A stretch of DNA of 39,150 nucleotides from an uncultured Candidatus Bathyarchaeia archaeon (lineage in GTDB: Archaea; Thermoproteota; Bathyarchaeia; 40CM-2-53-6; CAVXDP01): contig CAZJUU010000001.1 in the NCBI GenBank assembly GCA_964549295.1, positions 1-39,150 of the forward strand. The letters are read 5' to 3'. The position numbers and the translations under genes were made by a program. The stretch's first letter is position 1, and each line of letters begins with the position of its first letter. Positions 8,718 to 18,238 of the stretch are shown here, one piece after another. The notes beneath the pieces were generated by a model. That model was not told where the DNA came from and made no database searches. It was given only the letters and a program-made list of their open reading frames with translations.

Positions 8718-9989
8718 ATGACAACAAGAACGTCAGATATTTCAGGCTTCTACAAACTGAGTCCAAGTGAGAGACTGAATGTTGTGAAGGAATTTGCGGG
8801 GCTAAGTGATGACGAGACAAAAATCCTCGGATCAACGGGAGCACTGCCAATGGATCAAGCAAACCGCATGATTGAGAACGTCGTCGGCGTGATGCCGGTC
8901 ACCCTTGGAATAGCTGTGAACTTTCTGATCAACGGCAAGGACTACTTGGTCCCTATGGCAATTGAAGAACCCTCAGTCGTGGCCGCCGCTAGTAACTCTG
9001 CAAAAATCGCGAGAGTAAAAGGCGGTTTTACAACGAGTAGCACAGGCCCAGTGATGATTGGACAAATACAGCTTGTAGGAGTCAAGGATCCGCATGGAGC
9101 ACGCATGGCGATCTACGCTGCCAGAGAGGAGATCCTGAAAAAGTCGAATGATCAGGATCCAGTCTTGGTTTCCAACGGAGGAGGCGCAAAAGACCTGAAT
9201 GTCAAGGTACTAGATACTCATGTTGGGCCCATGGTGATAACGGAGCTCCACGTCGACTGTCGAGACGCTATGGGAGCAAACGCCGTTAACACAATGACAG
9301 AAGCTGTAGCTCCAATCATCGAAAGAATAACCGGTGGAAGAGTATATCTCAGAATCATCTCTAACTTAGCTACAAAACGCTTGATGCGAGCAAGGGCAAT
9401 ATTCGACAAGGAAGCTCTTGGAGGCGAAGACGTCGTCGATGGAGTTGTTACTGCCTATGCCTTTGCTGCCACCGACCCATACCGTTGTGCCACTCACAAC
9501 AAAGGAATAATGAATGGAGTGACAGCGGTGGTTCTAGCAACTGGGAACGACACTAGAGCTGTGGAATCAGGTGCCCACGCCTATGCCGCAATAACCGGAT
9601 GCTACAAACCGCTCTCGACATGGGAGAAGAATAGTGACGGAGACTTGGTCGGATGCATAGAACTTCCCGTCGCGGTCGGACTCATAGGTGGTGCAACGGC
9701 AGTTCATCCCGTTGCGAAAGTGACGAAGAAGATTCTGGGAGTGAAGACAGCCACAGAGCTTGGTGAAGTCATAGCCGCCGTTGGCTTGGCACAGAACTTG
9801 GCTGCGCTGAAGGCTCTTGCTACGGAAGGGATACAACGGGGACACATGAAACTCCATGCAAGAAATGTTGCGGCAATGGTAGGGGCGACTGGAGACTTGG
9901 TCGATAAAGTGGCGGAAGTTATGGTCAAAGAAAAGAAAGTCAGAATGGACAGGGCGAAGGAGATTCTGGATCAACTGGTGAAGAAATAG
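8718..9989 (+). CDS. hmgA: HMG-CoA reductase, class II-type
   Basis: [75 protein letters not shown] and [13 protein letters not shown] match the class II (Pseudomonas mevalonii-type) pattern, not the class I TTEGxLVAS pattern. A GGAGGA lies before the ATG. Confidence 0.9.
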   Translation: MTTRTSDISGFYKLSPSERLNVVKEFAGLSDDETKILGSTGALPMDQANRMIENVVGVMPVTLGIAVNFLINGKDYLVPMAIEEPSVVAAASNSAKIARVKGGFTTSSTGPVMIGQIQLVGVKDPHGARMAIYAAREEILKKSNDQDPVLVSNGGGAKDLNVKVLDTHVGPMVITELHVDCRDAMGANAVNTMTEAVAPIIERITGGRVYLRIISNLATKRLMRARAIFDKEALGGEDVVDGVVTAYAFAATDPYRCATHNKGIMNGVTAVVLATGNDTRAVESGAHAYAAITGCYKPLSTWEKNSDGDLVGCIELPVAVGLIGGATAVHPVAKVTKKILGVKTATELGEVIAAVGLAQNLAALKALATEGIQRGHMKLHARNVAAMVGATGDLVDKVAEVMVKEKKVRMDRAKEILDQLVKK

Positions 9990-9996
9990 AATTCGG

Positions 9997-10341
9997 TCAT
10001 GGTTGCCAAGATGGAAGACTTGCCACGAATTCTGTTCTTCTTATTTTTGGAACCAACTCTTTCTCAAGCCAGTCTGAGACCCTGTCGTAAGTCTTCCTGT
10101 AACATTTCTTGCTGGCATGCTTAACTAAGCCTAATTTCTCCATTCTCTGAAGGTACCTCCATTTCATACTTCGGGATATCCTGTCGCCCAAAACGCGGTC
10201 AATATCCCACTTCTTGAAAACTCTGGGAAGGCGAGCGAACGTTTCAATAATCTCCTCGGGCATGGAGCTCAAAGCATTCTTGGAAAGCTTCCTTCGACCC
10301 CTTGCGCCCAAGAGCGCTATGCCTTCTCTCGCTCTTTTCAT
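9997..10341 (-). CDS. Small basic protein with winged-helix-like C-terminal half (hypothetical)
   Basis: 114 aa, Arg/Lys-rich. YLQRMEKLGLVKHASKKCYRKT resembles a recognition helix plus wing. It has its own TATA-like element 36 nt upstream. Confidence 0.4.
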   Translation of the reverse strand: MKRAREGIALLGARGRRKLSKNALSSMPEEIIETFARLPRVFKKWDIDRVLGDRISRSMKWRYLQRMEKLGLVKHASKKCYRKTYDRVSDWLEKELVPKIRRTEFVASLPSWQP

Positions 10342-10376
10342 ACTGTATCACCGACAGTAGGGTGAGCTGCTCTGAG

Positions 10377-10385
10377 AATATATAG
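10377..10385 (-). promoter_or_regulatory. TATA-box-like element for the 114-aa gene
   Basis: The minus strand reads CTATATATT. The element lies 36 nt upstream of the ATG at 10341, inside the 67-nt gap after the UbiA-family gene stop. Confidence 0.4.
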
Positions 10386-10408
10386 GCTTCTATGCTGGTT
10401 TAAAGCGC

Positions 10409-11266
10409 CTAGATTCCAACACTCGGACCATATGAGCCGACTAGAAAAGCCAAAAGTCCAAGGGCCATCCAGATCAGAATTCTATTCTTGACAACCTTAG
10501 CGTTGTCAGCTGAAAAGTTCTTGAGAAATGAAAGAACGGAACTAGCGAAACCAAGGTCAGATATGAAAACCGCGGGAAGATAATATGCTGAAACTAGTTT
10601 GAAGATTTGTGGAAGAATGCTAAGACCAATCGCTGCTATGAATAAGGCCGATGCTGCGAATGAAGCGGTTCTCGGTCCAAACAAGACTGCCAGGGTCCTA
10701 ACGTTATGTTCCCTATCACCTTCGACATCAGCCACCCCTTTCACTACCTCCCTTCCAAGATTCGACAAGAAGGCTATCGACGCAAATATCCACAATAGAG
10801 GCTTCATGTTCTCAACAGCGTACCCTCCAAAGATGAAGGGAAGCGAGACACAGCTGCTTACGATAACGTTGCCGAAAAAGCCGGTTCTCTTTCCTATTGT
10901 GTTGTAATAGACCATAAACACGAGAGAGACTGCTGCAATTAAGAGCGCCGGAAGATTCACCAGAGCCGATATCAAGATTCCGGTTGCTGAAAAGAGGAAC
11001 GTGCATAGTAGAGCTGTTGCAGCAGAAACAGCGCCTGATGGAATCGGTCTTTTCGGATTGTTGATTGAATCAATAGATCGATCATAGTAATCGTTCAAGG
11101 CCATTGTTGCAGCTGTCAGGAGAAATGCCACAGGAAATCCAAGTAGGGCGCGAAATGAGGGCCATAATCCTGAGAGTGCAATCAACTCACCAACCAGTAC
11201 CGCACAGCCCATCATGATGCAGTTAACAGGTCGAATCAACTGCAGGATTCCAGCGGGTCGAGCCAT
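10409..11266 (-). CDS. UbiA-family prenyltransferase, probably digeranylgeranylglyceryl phosphate synthase
   Basis: 285 aa and polytopic. It carries the two Asp-rich motifs NDYYDRSID and KGVADVEGDREHNVRTLAV. It is divergent from the geranylgeranyl reductase gene. Confidence 0.75.
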   Translation of the reverse strand: MARPAGILQLIRPVNCIMMGCAVLVGELIALSGLWPSFRALLGFPVAFLLTAATMALNDYYDRSIDSINNPKRPIPSGAVSAATALLCTFLFSATGILISALVNLPALLIAAVSLVFMVYYNTIGKRTGFFGNVIVSSCVSLPFIFGGYAVENMKPLLWIFASIAFLSNLGREVVKGVADVEGDREHNVRTLAVLFGPRTASFAASALFIAAIGLSILPQIFKLVSAYYLPAVFISDLGFASSVLSFLKNFSADNAKVVKNRILIWMALGLLAFLVGSYGPSVGI

Positions 11267-11420
11267 TCATTTCACTAGGCCATTCAATTAGACTACTTTC
11301 TTGATGGACGTACATTCTGCGACGTATCTTTCATGAAACGACTTGTCCATTGTCAAGTGACTCATTTATGTTTTGGTTCAATTGAGCGGGTCGGGATTGT
11401 TTCAGGAGAATGCATGCAAC

Positions 11421-11431
11421 TTTAAATTGAG
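11421..11431 (+). promoter_or_regulatory. TATA-box-like element TTTAAATTGAG upstream of geranylgeranyl reductase
   Basis: It lies 62 nt upstream of the ATG at 11483. The identical 11-mer recurs at 23069 upstream of infB. Confidence 0.45.
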
Positions 11432-11482
11432 ATGTGTGAAACTGGAAGAGTGTCTTAGACTCGACTCAAGTGGGTTGTTCAG

Positions 11483-12658
11483 ATGCAGAACCCTGATGTG
11501 ATAGTTATTGGTGCTGGACCGGCGGGTCTTCTCGCAGCTCGAGAAGCTGCTGAGAAAGGCGTAGGAGTCCTAGTTCTAGAACGGGAAAGAGCATTGGGGA
11601 AGAAGGTTTGCGCCGAAGCAATCTCTGACAAAGGCCTCAGAGCGTGTGAGTTGAATTCTAAAGAATTCGTTGTAAACGAGATTTTCGGCGCTAGAGTCTA
11701 TGCTCCCGATGAAAGTAAGAATGTTGAGGTCTCCGGTGAACTGATGGGCGAAGAGGGTGGACACATTCTTGACAGGAGGAAGTATCTTGAGAGCCTTGCA
11801 GAAGCTGCTACAAAGGGAGGGGCTGAAATAAGGTTTGGCGCCTGTGTTGTTGATGTTCAGCGTGATGGAGGTTTCATCAAGACCATTGCAAAAGATAACG
11901 GCGGAACCCAGACTTTGTTGTCGAGGATCGCCCTAGGATGCGACGGTTTCAGTTCAGTGGTTGCAAGGAAGTTCTTTGACACGAGTAAGATGGAATTCAT
12001 ATCGTGCATTCAGTACAAACTTGAGGGTTGCAGAATTGACAATGAGCATGAGCTACATTTCTACTTGGGGAATGAGGTCGCACCACGGGGTTATCTATGG
12101 GTATTTCCCAAGGGCAAAGGTCTCGCTAATGTCGGAGTTGGTGTGAGAGGGAAACCGGCCAAGCTCTATCTAGACAAGTTCCTACAGAAACATCCTGAGA
12201 TCTTTGCGGATTCCAAGATTCTGAATGTTGGAGGAGCACCAGTTGTTGTAAGCGGTCAACTTGATAAAGTCGTCAGCGACAATGTGATGATATGTGGTGA
12301 AGCCGCCGGTCACGTAATTCCTCTGACTGGAGCTGGAATCCACACAAGCGCCGTGGCAGGTCGGATTGCGGGCAGAGTGGCGGCGGAAGCTGTATTAGAA
12401 CAGAATTTTACTCAAAGAAGACTTTCAGAGTACATAATTGAATTCAACAAGATATGGGCTGACAGGATAATGAAGAGTCTCAAGGCCCTAAGAGTGATAG
12501 AACGACTTTCCGATAGTGAGCTGAACATCATGGCAGAGGTCCTTAAGGGAGAGGACATATTGGATATCGCAAACGGAGTGAACTTGGAAAGAGCCGCGAA
12601 GGCATTATTGAAACACCCTGTCCTCGCGATAAAAGTCGCAAGGGCTCTGATGACATGA
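11483..12658 (+). CDS. Geranylgeranyl reductase family flavoprotein (digeranylgeranylglycerophospholipid reductase-like)
   Basis: The sequence has the FAD dinucleotide fold VIVIGAGPAGLLAAREAAEKG, and also GCDGFSSVVARK, YLWVFPKG and CGEAAGHVIPLTGAGI. Confidence 0.85.
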   Translation: MQNPDVIVIGAGPAGLLAAREAAEKGVGVLVLERERALGKKVCAEAISDKGLRACELNSKEFVVNEIFGARVYAPDESKNVEVSGELMGEEGGHILDRRKYLESLAEAATKGGAEIRFGACVVDVQRDGGFIKTIAKDNGGTQTLLSRIALGCDGFSSVVARKFFDTSKMEFISCIQYKLEGCRIDNEHELHFYLGNEVAPRGYLWVFPKGKGLANVGVGVRGKPAKLYLDKFLQKHPEIFADSKILNVGGAPVVVSGQLDKVVSDNVMICGEAAGHVIPLTGAGIHTSAVAGRIAGRVAAEAVLEQNFTQRRLSEYIIEFNKIWADRIMKSLKALRVIERLSDSELNIMAEVLKGEDILDIANGVNLERAAKALLKHPVLAIKVARALMT

Positions 12659-12728
12659 ACGGGTCGTATTTCATGTGAATCTAGCTGCTAGACAGATTCC
12701 CAAAATGATTTCCTCGGCGATACACTAG

Positions 12729-14549
12729 ATGAGCTACAAGGACTATCTTCGAGTCAAAGCTACAACTCCATACTACAATTTTGTCCGCAAATTCGCCTTT
12801 CCCACTTTGTCAGAAATTCTCTTCGCATTATTGACAGTTGACGTCGTAGGATGCGCACTAGCATTTTATTCCCACTTAGCTTCGTCGGCCAGCGTTGTGG
12901 AAGGCGTCAAGGTCGGTATGCTTGTATTTGCGCTTCCGTCAATTGTAGCTGTATCAACAATTCATGTTCTTGCATTGAGAAGCGACCCGCTTTTCAATCT
13001 CCGTCGATGCTTTGCGTTGTCACTATTCTCATCTTGGATTTGGATTGGACTAATGATTGTAGGAACATTTGCTGGCAAGGTCTTTCATAGTTTCACATTT
13101 CCAAGCGATCCATTCTACCTTGGAATATTTCTTGTTGCTCCATTCCGGGCAATTTCATTGTTCTCAATGTCATCGACGAGCACAATTTCCAAATCATTCT
13201 CAGTAGCATTGGAACCTCTTCTCTGCGTCACTTCGGCATCCATTGTTCTCCAACTCTCTACGGTTGAGAGTGTTCTCGCATTCTTGGTGAGCATGGCCAT
13301 CAGTTTCACATATGTTGGGATGACTATTTCGTACCTTGAGAAACAAGGTCTCAAGAAGATTGGGACTTCTCCCCTCGACATGTTTAGAGGGTTCTTGCTA
13401 GATTGGCTTGATAGAAGATGTGACCTTCTCGAAAGGCAACTCGAAAAGATCAGTTCAGAGCAGAGCTTGAAGACCACGCTGCTGGGTTTCAGACAAAAGG
13501 GCAGCCGTTGCGCTGAGAGCATCATGGTAGTATCAAACTTTCATCCAGGGCCATTCCTAAACGTGGGAAGCAGCGCCCTCCCTCAGTTAATTCAAGAAGC
13601 TTTAGGAAAGGACAAGAACGCCATCGTAGGGGTTCCTCATGGAATATCAGGTCATGAGATGAACTTGGTGTCTCAGGAAGAGAATCGAAAGGTTATCAGA
13701 GAAATCACGCATCTGTCGGAATTCTCTAGCTTTCAATCGAATGCTACCCGACTCGTTAGAGTGAACTCTGGAAACGCCACGGCAAGTTGTCAGGTATTTG
13801 GAGAGTGCGCCCTTGTAACTATAACTCTCTCTCCAAAGGATATGGAAGATATTCCTCTCAAACTGGGGATTGAACTGGCATCATCAGGAAGAAGATTCTT
13901 CAAGCGTGTAGCACTCGTTGACGCTCACAATTCAATCAAGCATGCGAAGGTTCTGGATGAAAAGGACGAGAGAGACATAGTCAAGTCAGCAAGTCAAGCT
14001 CTTGAGATGGCGGATAGGGAACCATCATTTCCGTTCAAAGTCGGGGTTGCCAGAATCGATTTGAACGAGTTTACTCCGGCACAGGGAATCGGACCAGGAG
14101 GTCTCGTCGCCATCGTCGTGAATGTTGCAGGTCAATTGTCAGGTTATCTAATAATCGACGGAAACAACATGAAGGCCGGCTTGAGAGAGAAGCTTCTCAA
14201 TGTCGTAAAAGAGCTCGGGATAGAATCTGGCGAGATCATGACAACTGATACGCACGTAGTGAACGGAATCGTGTCGGCCAAGCTGGGGTACCATCCGGTT
14301 GGCGACGCAATTGACGAAAGTATTCTAATGGAAAAGGTGACCGCCGTATTTTCCAAAGCAAAAGAGAACTTGCAGGACAGTGAAACATCATCTGTTTCAT
14401 TAGAGACCCAAGTCAAGACTTTAGGACTGAGCCTTTTCAAGAATATGACGGAATTTATCTATCGTGCCAGCAAACTCGTAGCCTTATCAACAATTCCAAC
14501 TGTACTTATCTCTGTGATAGCCTTCGTGATAATCACAATTAGACTGTAG
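12729..14549 (+). CDS. Large polytopic membrane protein with soluble His/Asp-motif domain (possibly DUF2070 family)
   Basis: 606 aa. About 6 N-terminal TM helices (aa 25-200) precede a roughly 370-aa soluble region with FHPGPF, PHGISGHEMN, DAHN, IDGNN and TTDTH. A C-terminal TM anchor follows. The family assignment is from memory of the architecture only. Confidence 0.45.
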   Translation: MSYKDYLRVKATTPYYNFVRKFAFPTLSEILFALLTVDVVGCALAFYSHLASSASVVEGVKVGMLVFALPSIVAVSTIHVLALRSDPLFNLRRCFALSLFSSWIWIGLMIVGTFAGKVFHSFTFPSDPFYLGIFLVAPFRAISLFSMSSTSTISKSFSVALEPLLCVTSASIVLQLSTVESVLAFLVSMAISFTYVGMTISYLEKQGLKKIGTSPLDMFRGFLLDWLDRRCDLLERQLEKISSEQSLKTTLLGFRQKGSRCAESIMVVSNFHPGPFLNVGSSALPQLIQEALGKDKNAIVGVPHGISGHEMNLVSQEENRKVIREITHLSEFSSFQSNATRLVRVNSGNATASCQVFGECALVTITLSPKDMEDIPLKLGIELASSGRRFFKRVALVDAHNSIKHAKVLDEKDERDIVKSASQALEMADREPSFPFKVGVARIDLNEFTPAQGIGPGGLVAIVVNVAGQLSGYLIIDGNNMKAGLREKLLNVVKELGIESGEIMTTDTHVVNGIVSAKLGYHPVGDAIDESILMEKVTAVFSKAKENLQDSETSSVSLETQVKTLGLSLFKNMTEFIYRASKLVALSTIPTVLISVIAFVIITIRL

Positions 14550-14589
14550 GCTGTCCAAGAGAGACTGAGAATACGAAAGGCCGATAGTA

Positions 14590-16341
14590 ATGACTGGATC
14601 TGAACTTGATGATGTTGAGACATTGGCTAGGAAGCTAGCGCTTCTCAACGCTGCAAGACACTCCGGAAAAGCTCAAATCGGTCCAGTTGTAGGGGGCATC
14701 CTTACTGAAAGACCCGATCTAAGGTCTTCCGCGAAAGATGTCACGAGTCTTGTCACAGGCATTGTGAACGAGGTAAACTCGATCCCATATGACAGACAGA
14801 TCGATGAGATCCAGAAGAAATGGCCTGAACTCTTGAAAGTGGACAAAGCGAAGGAGGAGAAGACGCTTCCGCCTCTTCCAAAAGCTGAGAATTTCACAAC
14901 CATCGTAACGAGGTTTTCACCCAACCCAGACTGCGTCCTTCACCTTGGTTCAGTTAGAGCCATAATTCTATCCCACGATTACGCTCGAATGTACAAAGGA
15001 AAGTTCATCCTAAGGTTTGAGGATACGGATCCTCGACTGAAGAAATCTTCTCTTCAATTCTACGAAATGATTCGTGAAGACTTACGCTGGCTGGATTGCC
15101 AATGGGATGAAGAATACATCCAGAGCGACAGAATTCCAATCTACTACGAGCTTGCCAAGAGACTCATTGAGATGGGAGGTGCCTACGCATGCACCTGCAA
15201 CAAAGAGCTCTTTATCTCAAGGATCTCGGCCGGAACGCCCTGCCCATGTCGAGATCTTTCCATTTCCGATCAGATGGTCAGATGGGAGAAGATGATCGAA
15301 TGCGGGTATGGCGAAGGAGAAGCAGTGGTCAGGATGAAGACCGACCTGAAGCATCCGAACCCAGCGGTCATCGACTGGCCTGCGCTTCGGCTGATCGATC
15401 CTGAAAAGAATCCTCACCCACGGGTGGGAGCAAAGTATTGTGTTTGGCCGTTGTACAACTTTGCTGCAGGTATTGATGATCACCTGCTTGGAATTACACA
15501 TATAATTCGTGGGAAAGAACACTTCACAAACACGGTCCGTCAGAAGTACATGTATGACTATCTTGAATGGAGCTATCCCGAAGCCATACACTATGGCAGA
15601 CTCAAGGTAACTGGGGCGGAACTTAGCAAATCGAAGATTCTGAAGAGCCTTTCTGAATGTCAAGTGAATGGGTTTGACGATCCCAGACTGGCGACTTTGA
15701 TGGCTCTCAGAAGAAGAGGTATAACGCCTGAATGCCTAAGAAAAGTGGTCGTGGATATTGGACCTAGACCTGTGGATGCAACGCTTAGTTGGGATAACAT
15801 ATACGCCTACAACAGGAAGATCGTCGATCCGGTGTCGAATCGATACTTCTACGTTGAAGATCCGATTCCGCTAGATGTTACGGGCGTCAACCGCGAATAT
15901 GTATCAACTCCATCTCTGCATCCAAGCCATCCGGAGAGAGGAACCAGGAAAATCGACGTCAAACCTGAAGATGGTTTGGCAAGACTTGTCGTGTCAGGAT
16001 CTGATCAGAAGTTACTCGGGGAAGGCAAGGTTGTCAGATTGATGGAGCTTTTCAATATAGAGATCTTGAAGACTGGGCCGTCACTATGTGAAGCCAAGTT
16101 TCACAGCGAAACCCATGAAGAGTCAAGGAAATTCAACGCTCCCCTTGTTCACTGGCTTCCCAGGGACGGATCATTAGAAGCCAGTGTCGTGATGCCAACA
16201 GCAGAAATCTCGAAGGGGCTTGGTGAGCCAATGTTGTTGAACGAGCCAATAGGAAAGGTTATTCAGTTGACGAGATTCGGATTCGCAAGGGTTGACGAAG
16301 TCTCCGATGGCCGTGTCAGACTGTATTTTGCTCATGAATGA
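14590..16341 (+). CDS. gltX: Glutamyl-tRNA synthetase (archaeal/eukaryotic type)
   Basis: FSPNPDCVLHLGSVRA is a HIGH-type motif and LSKSK is KMSKS-type. ILRFEDTDP and WPLYNFAAGIDDHLLGITHIIRGKEH are also present. Confidence 0.9.
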   Translation: MTGSELDDVETLARKLALLNAARHSGKAQIGPVVGGILTERPDLRSSAKDVTSLVTGIVNEVNSIPYDRQIDEIQKKWPELLKVDKAKEEKTLPPLPKAENFTTIVTRFSPNPDCVLHLGSVRAIILSHDYARMYKGKFILRFEDTDPRLKKSSLQFYEMIREDLRWLDCQWDEEYIQSDRIPIYYELAKRLIEMGGAYACTCNKELFISRISAGTPCPCRDLSISDQMVRWEKMIECGYGEGEAVVRMKTDLKHPNPAVIDWPALRLIDPEKNPHPRVGAKYCVWPLYNFAAGIDDHLLGITHIIRGKEHFTNTVRQKYMYDYLEWSYPEAIHYGRLKVTGAELSKSKILKSLSECQVNGFDDPRLATLMALRRRGITPECLRKVVVDIGPRPVDATLSWDNIYAYNRKIVDPVSNRYFYVEDPIPLDVTGVNREYVSTPSLHPSHPERGTRKIDVKPEDGLARLVVSGSDQKLLGEGKVVRLMELFNIEILKTGPSLCEAKFHSETHEESRKFNAPLVHWLPRDGSLEASVVMPTAEISKGLGEPMLLNEPIGKVIQLTRFGFARVDEVSDGRVRLYFAHE

Positions 16342-16354
16342 TTGGTTGATGAAT

Positions 16355-18238
16355 CTAGGAACTGGCGGGCAATGCATTTCTTATTTCTTCTTCCGCATTG
16401 TCAGCCTTGATGAATATGGGAACGTTCTCCATGCCTGTGGCTATGTAACTGGAAAGCAACCATTCACCGGGTGCAAACTCAAGTGTCTTCTCAAGGATGC
16501 TTTGGTCTATTGTGAACGTTTCGCTGACCAAATTCCGATCATACGGTCTCGGGAGGGTTCCCACGAAATACGTGTGAAGCTGCTGAAGCGCATTTGTGTT
16601 CAGGTAAGCTATTCTCTGTGTGGCCAAACATCCGCCTAGGCCGTATTTTCTTCCCTGTCTCAGAAGAACCTCAACCCTTTCGGAACAGTCTCTGTCTATG
16701 CCTCTGGCGTCGCCTAGCGCGGGGGCAAATTCTTGTGCTTCATCGAATACGAATAGGACAAGTGGTTCTACTCTGAACTTTTTCTTTCTCTTTCTGAGGA
16801 ATTCGTTGCTGAGGTCAACCGCCAGCTCCTTTATTATGAATTGATCGGCGATTGACAGGCACATCAGTTGGACAGGCCCTTCAACGAGTTCAATTATCTT
16901 CTCAGTTGTAAGACTTCTTCTCCGTCTCTCATCTGTCTCCCTTGCTCTTTGAATCACTTCAATCAGTGATGAGCGTGTAGTGGCCCAGCCGTACACGTTG
17001 CTTTTCTCACTGACTTTGAATTTCTCAACAGCTTCCTTCCCTTTCTGATCAATATAGCCGACGAACTCTTCATCAATTGGTTGACCGTCATCTAGCCCCT
17101 TCATCCTTTGATAGTCGAAAACGGCTTGGCGTATGCTTTCCAAGGCATCTTTGTATGTGGCTTTTCCAGTGATCTCTCCAGCCTGTTCATTGATTTCAGA
17201 GATGAATTGGGCGTATGTAGGAATCTTGAATCTCGGCCTGGTGTAGTTGAATATCTTGTTTTGGCTGCATATGGTGTCGAATACGTGTTCAATCTTCTCG
17301 TCCACGTGGAAATCTCTAGGTTTCACCACGGACATGAGTAGCTGCTCAGAAGTCTGGACAGGTGCCTCCAGCACTATTCTTGAATCCACGTTTGGATCCG
17401 CGAAGACATCCATGAGGAGGAATGGATACTCGCAAGATATGTCGAATATTATGATCTTCGTGTTTCTTCCGTGATAGATGAGTCTCCTGACGATGTTTGA
17501 GACAAGGTTCGATTTTCCTCCACCTGTGAAACTGAATATTCCAAAATGATACCTGACGAGGTTTTCAAAGTCTACAAATATCGGTATCCTCTCGAGGCTG
17601 CCCTCAAACATCTTTATTGTGCCAAGTCTCGGGCTTTCTCGAGCTTGGGGTTTCGACTCAAGCTTCTTTGTTGTGGTCGCCAACTTTTGCAGTACTCGCC
17701 TGTTGTACATTCGGTTGATCATGTCCTTGTTCAGAAGGTATGCGTTCTCCGCCACTATTGGATATGAGAATCCGCGGATATACTCAGGTTCTCTGCCGGG
17801 TCTCATTACTAGGTCGTAGTTGATTGGTATAGCGCTGATCTGAATCATCATGGTTGACTTATCGTTGGAGTCCCAATCCGAGACTGATTGTTGGATTATC
17901 TCAAACTGCATGGGGTAGTAACTCTGGTCAGAGAGGCCTCTGAGGCCATAATGTTCAGGGTGGATTCGAGAGATCTCTGTTAGGGTGTATCTTTCTCCAC
18001 TGCCCTGTGTAGACTTGAAATTCCTTGTTGCTAGAAGCATTCCTTCTTCTACGAGCCTCATGAGGTCCTTGTGATACTCAACCTTGATTTGGCAGGTATA
18101 GCGTGCGGATGCACCTAAGGTCTTGCCGGTATATGTTCCCTCAAGATTTCTGGTTGGAATAACAGCTGCGAGTCTGGCCTTGAATCGGCTGTCAAAATCT
18201 ACAAAATACCTACGCTGATCTTCTTCTAGTGTACTCAT
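16355..18238 (-). CDS. HerA-like FtsK/HerA-superfamily ATPase (DUF87-type)
   Basis: 627 aa. Walker A is GIFSFTGGGKSN (nt 17510..17533) and Walker B is LVLFVFDEAQEFAP (16727..16762). The HerA-type block RQGRKYGLGGCLATQR..LQQLHTYFVGTL is present. The roughly 235-aa N-terminal region lies where the HAS barrel sits in HerA. The ATG is preceded by AGGAGGG and lies 29 nt inside the upstream gene. Confidence 0.8.
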   Translation of the reverse strand: MSTLEEDQRRYFVDFDSRFKARLAAVIPTRNLEGTYTGKTLGASARYTCQIKVEYHKDLMRLVEEGMLLATRNFKSTQGSGERYTLTEISRIHPEHYGLRGLSDQSYYPMQFEIIQQSVSDWDSNDKSTMMIQISAIPINYDLVMRPGREPEYIRGFSYPIVAENAYLLNKDMINRMYNRRVLQKLATTTKKLESKPQARESPRLGTIKMFEGSLERIPIFVDFENLVRYHFGIFSFTGGGKSNLVSNIVRRLIYHGRNTKIIIFDISCEYPFLLMDVFADPNVDSRIVLEAPVQTSEQLLMSVVKPRDFHVDEKIEHVFDTICSQNKIFNYTRPRFKIPTYAQFISEINEQAGEITGKATYKDALESIRQAVFDYQRMKGLDDGQPIDEEFVGYIDQKGKEAVEKFKVSEKSNVYGWATTRSSLIEVIQRARETDERRRRSLTTEKIIELVEGPVQLMCLSIADQFIIKELAVDLSNEFLRKRKKKFRVEPLVLFVFDEAQEFAPALGDARGIDRDCSERVEVLLRQGRKYGLGGCLATQRIAYLNTNALQQLHTYFVGTLPRPYDRNLVSETFTIDQSILEKTLEFAPGEWLLSSYIATGMENVPIFIKADNAEEEIRNALPASS

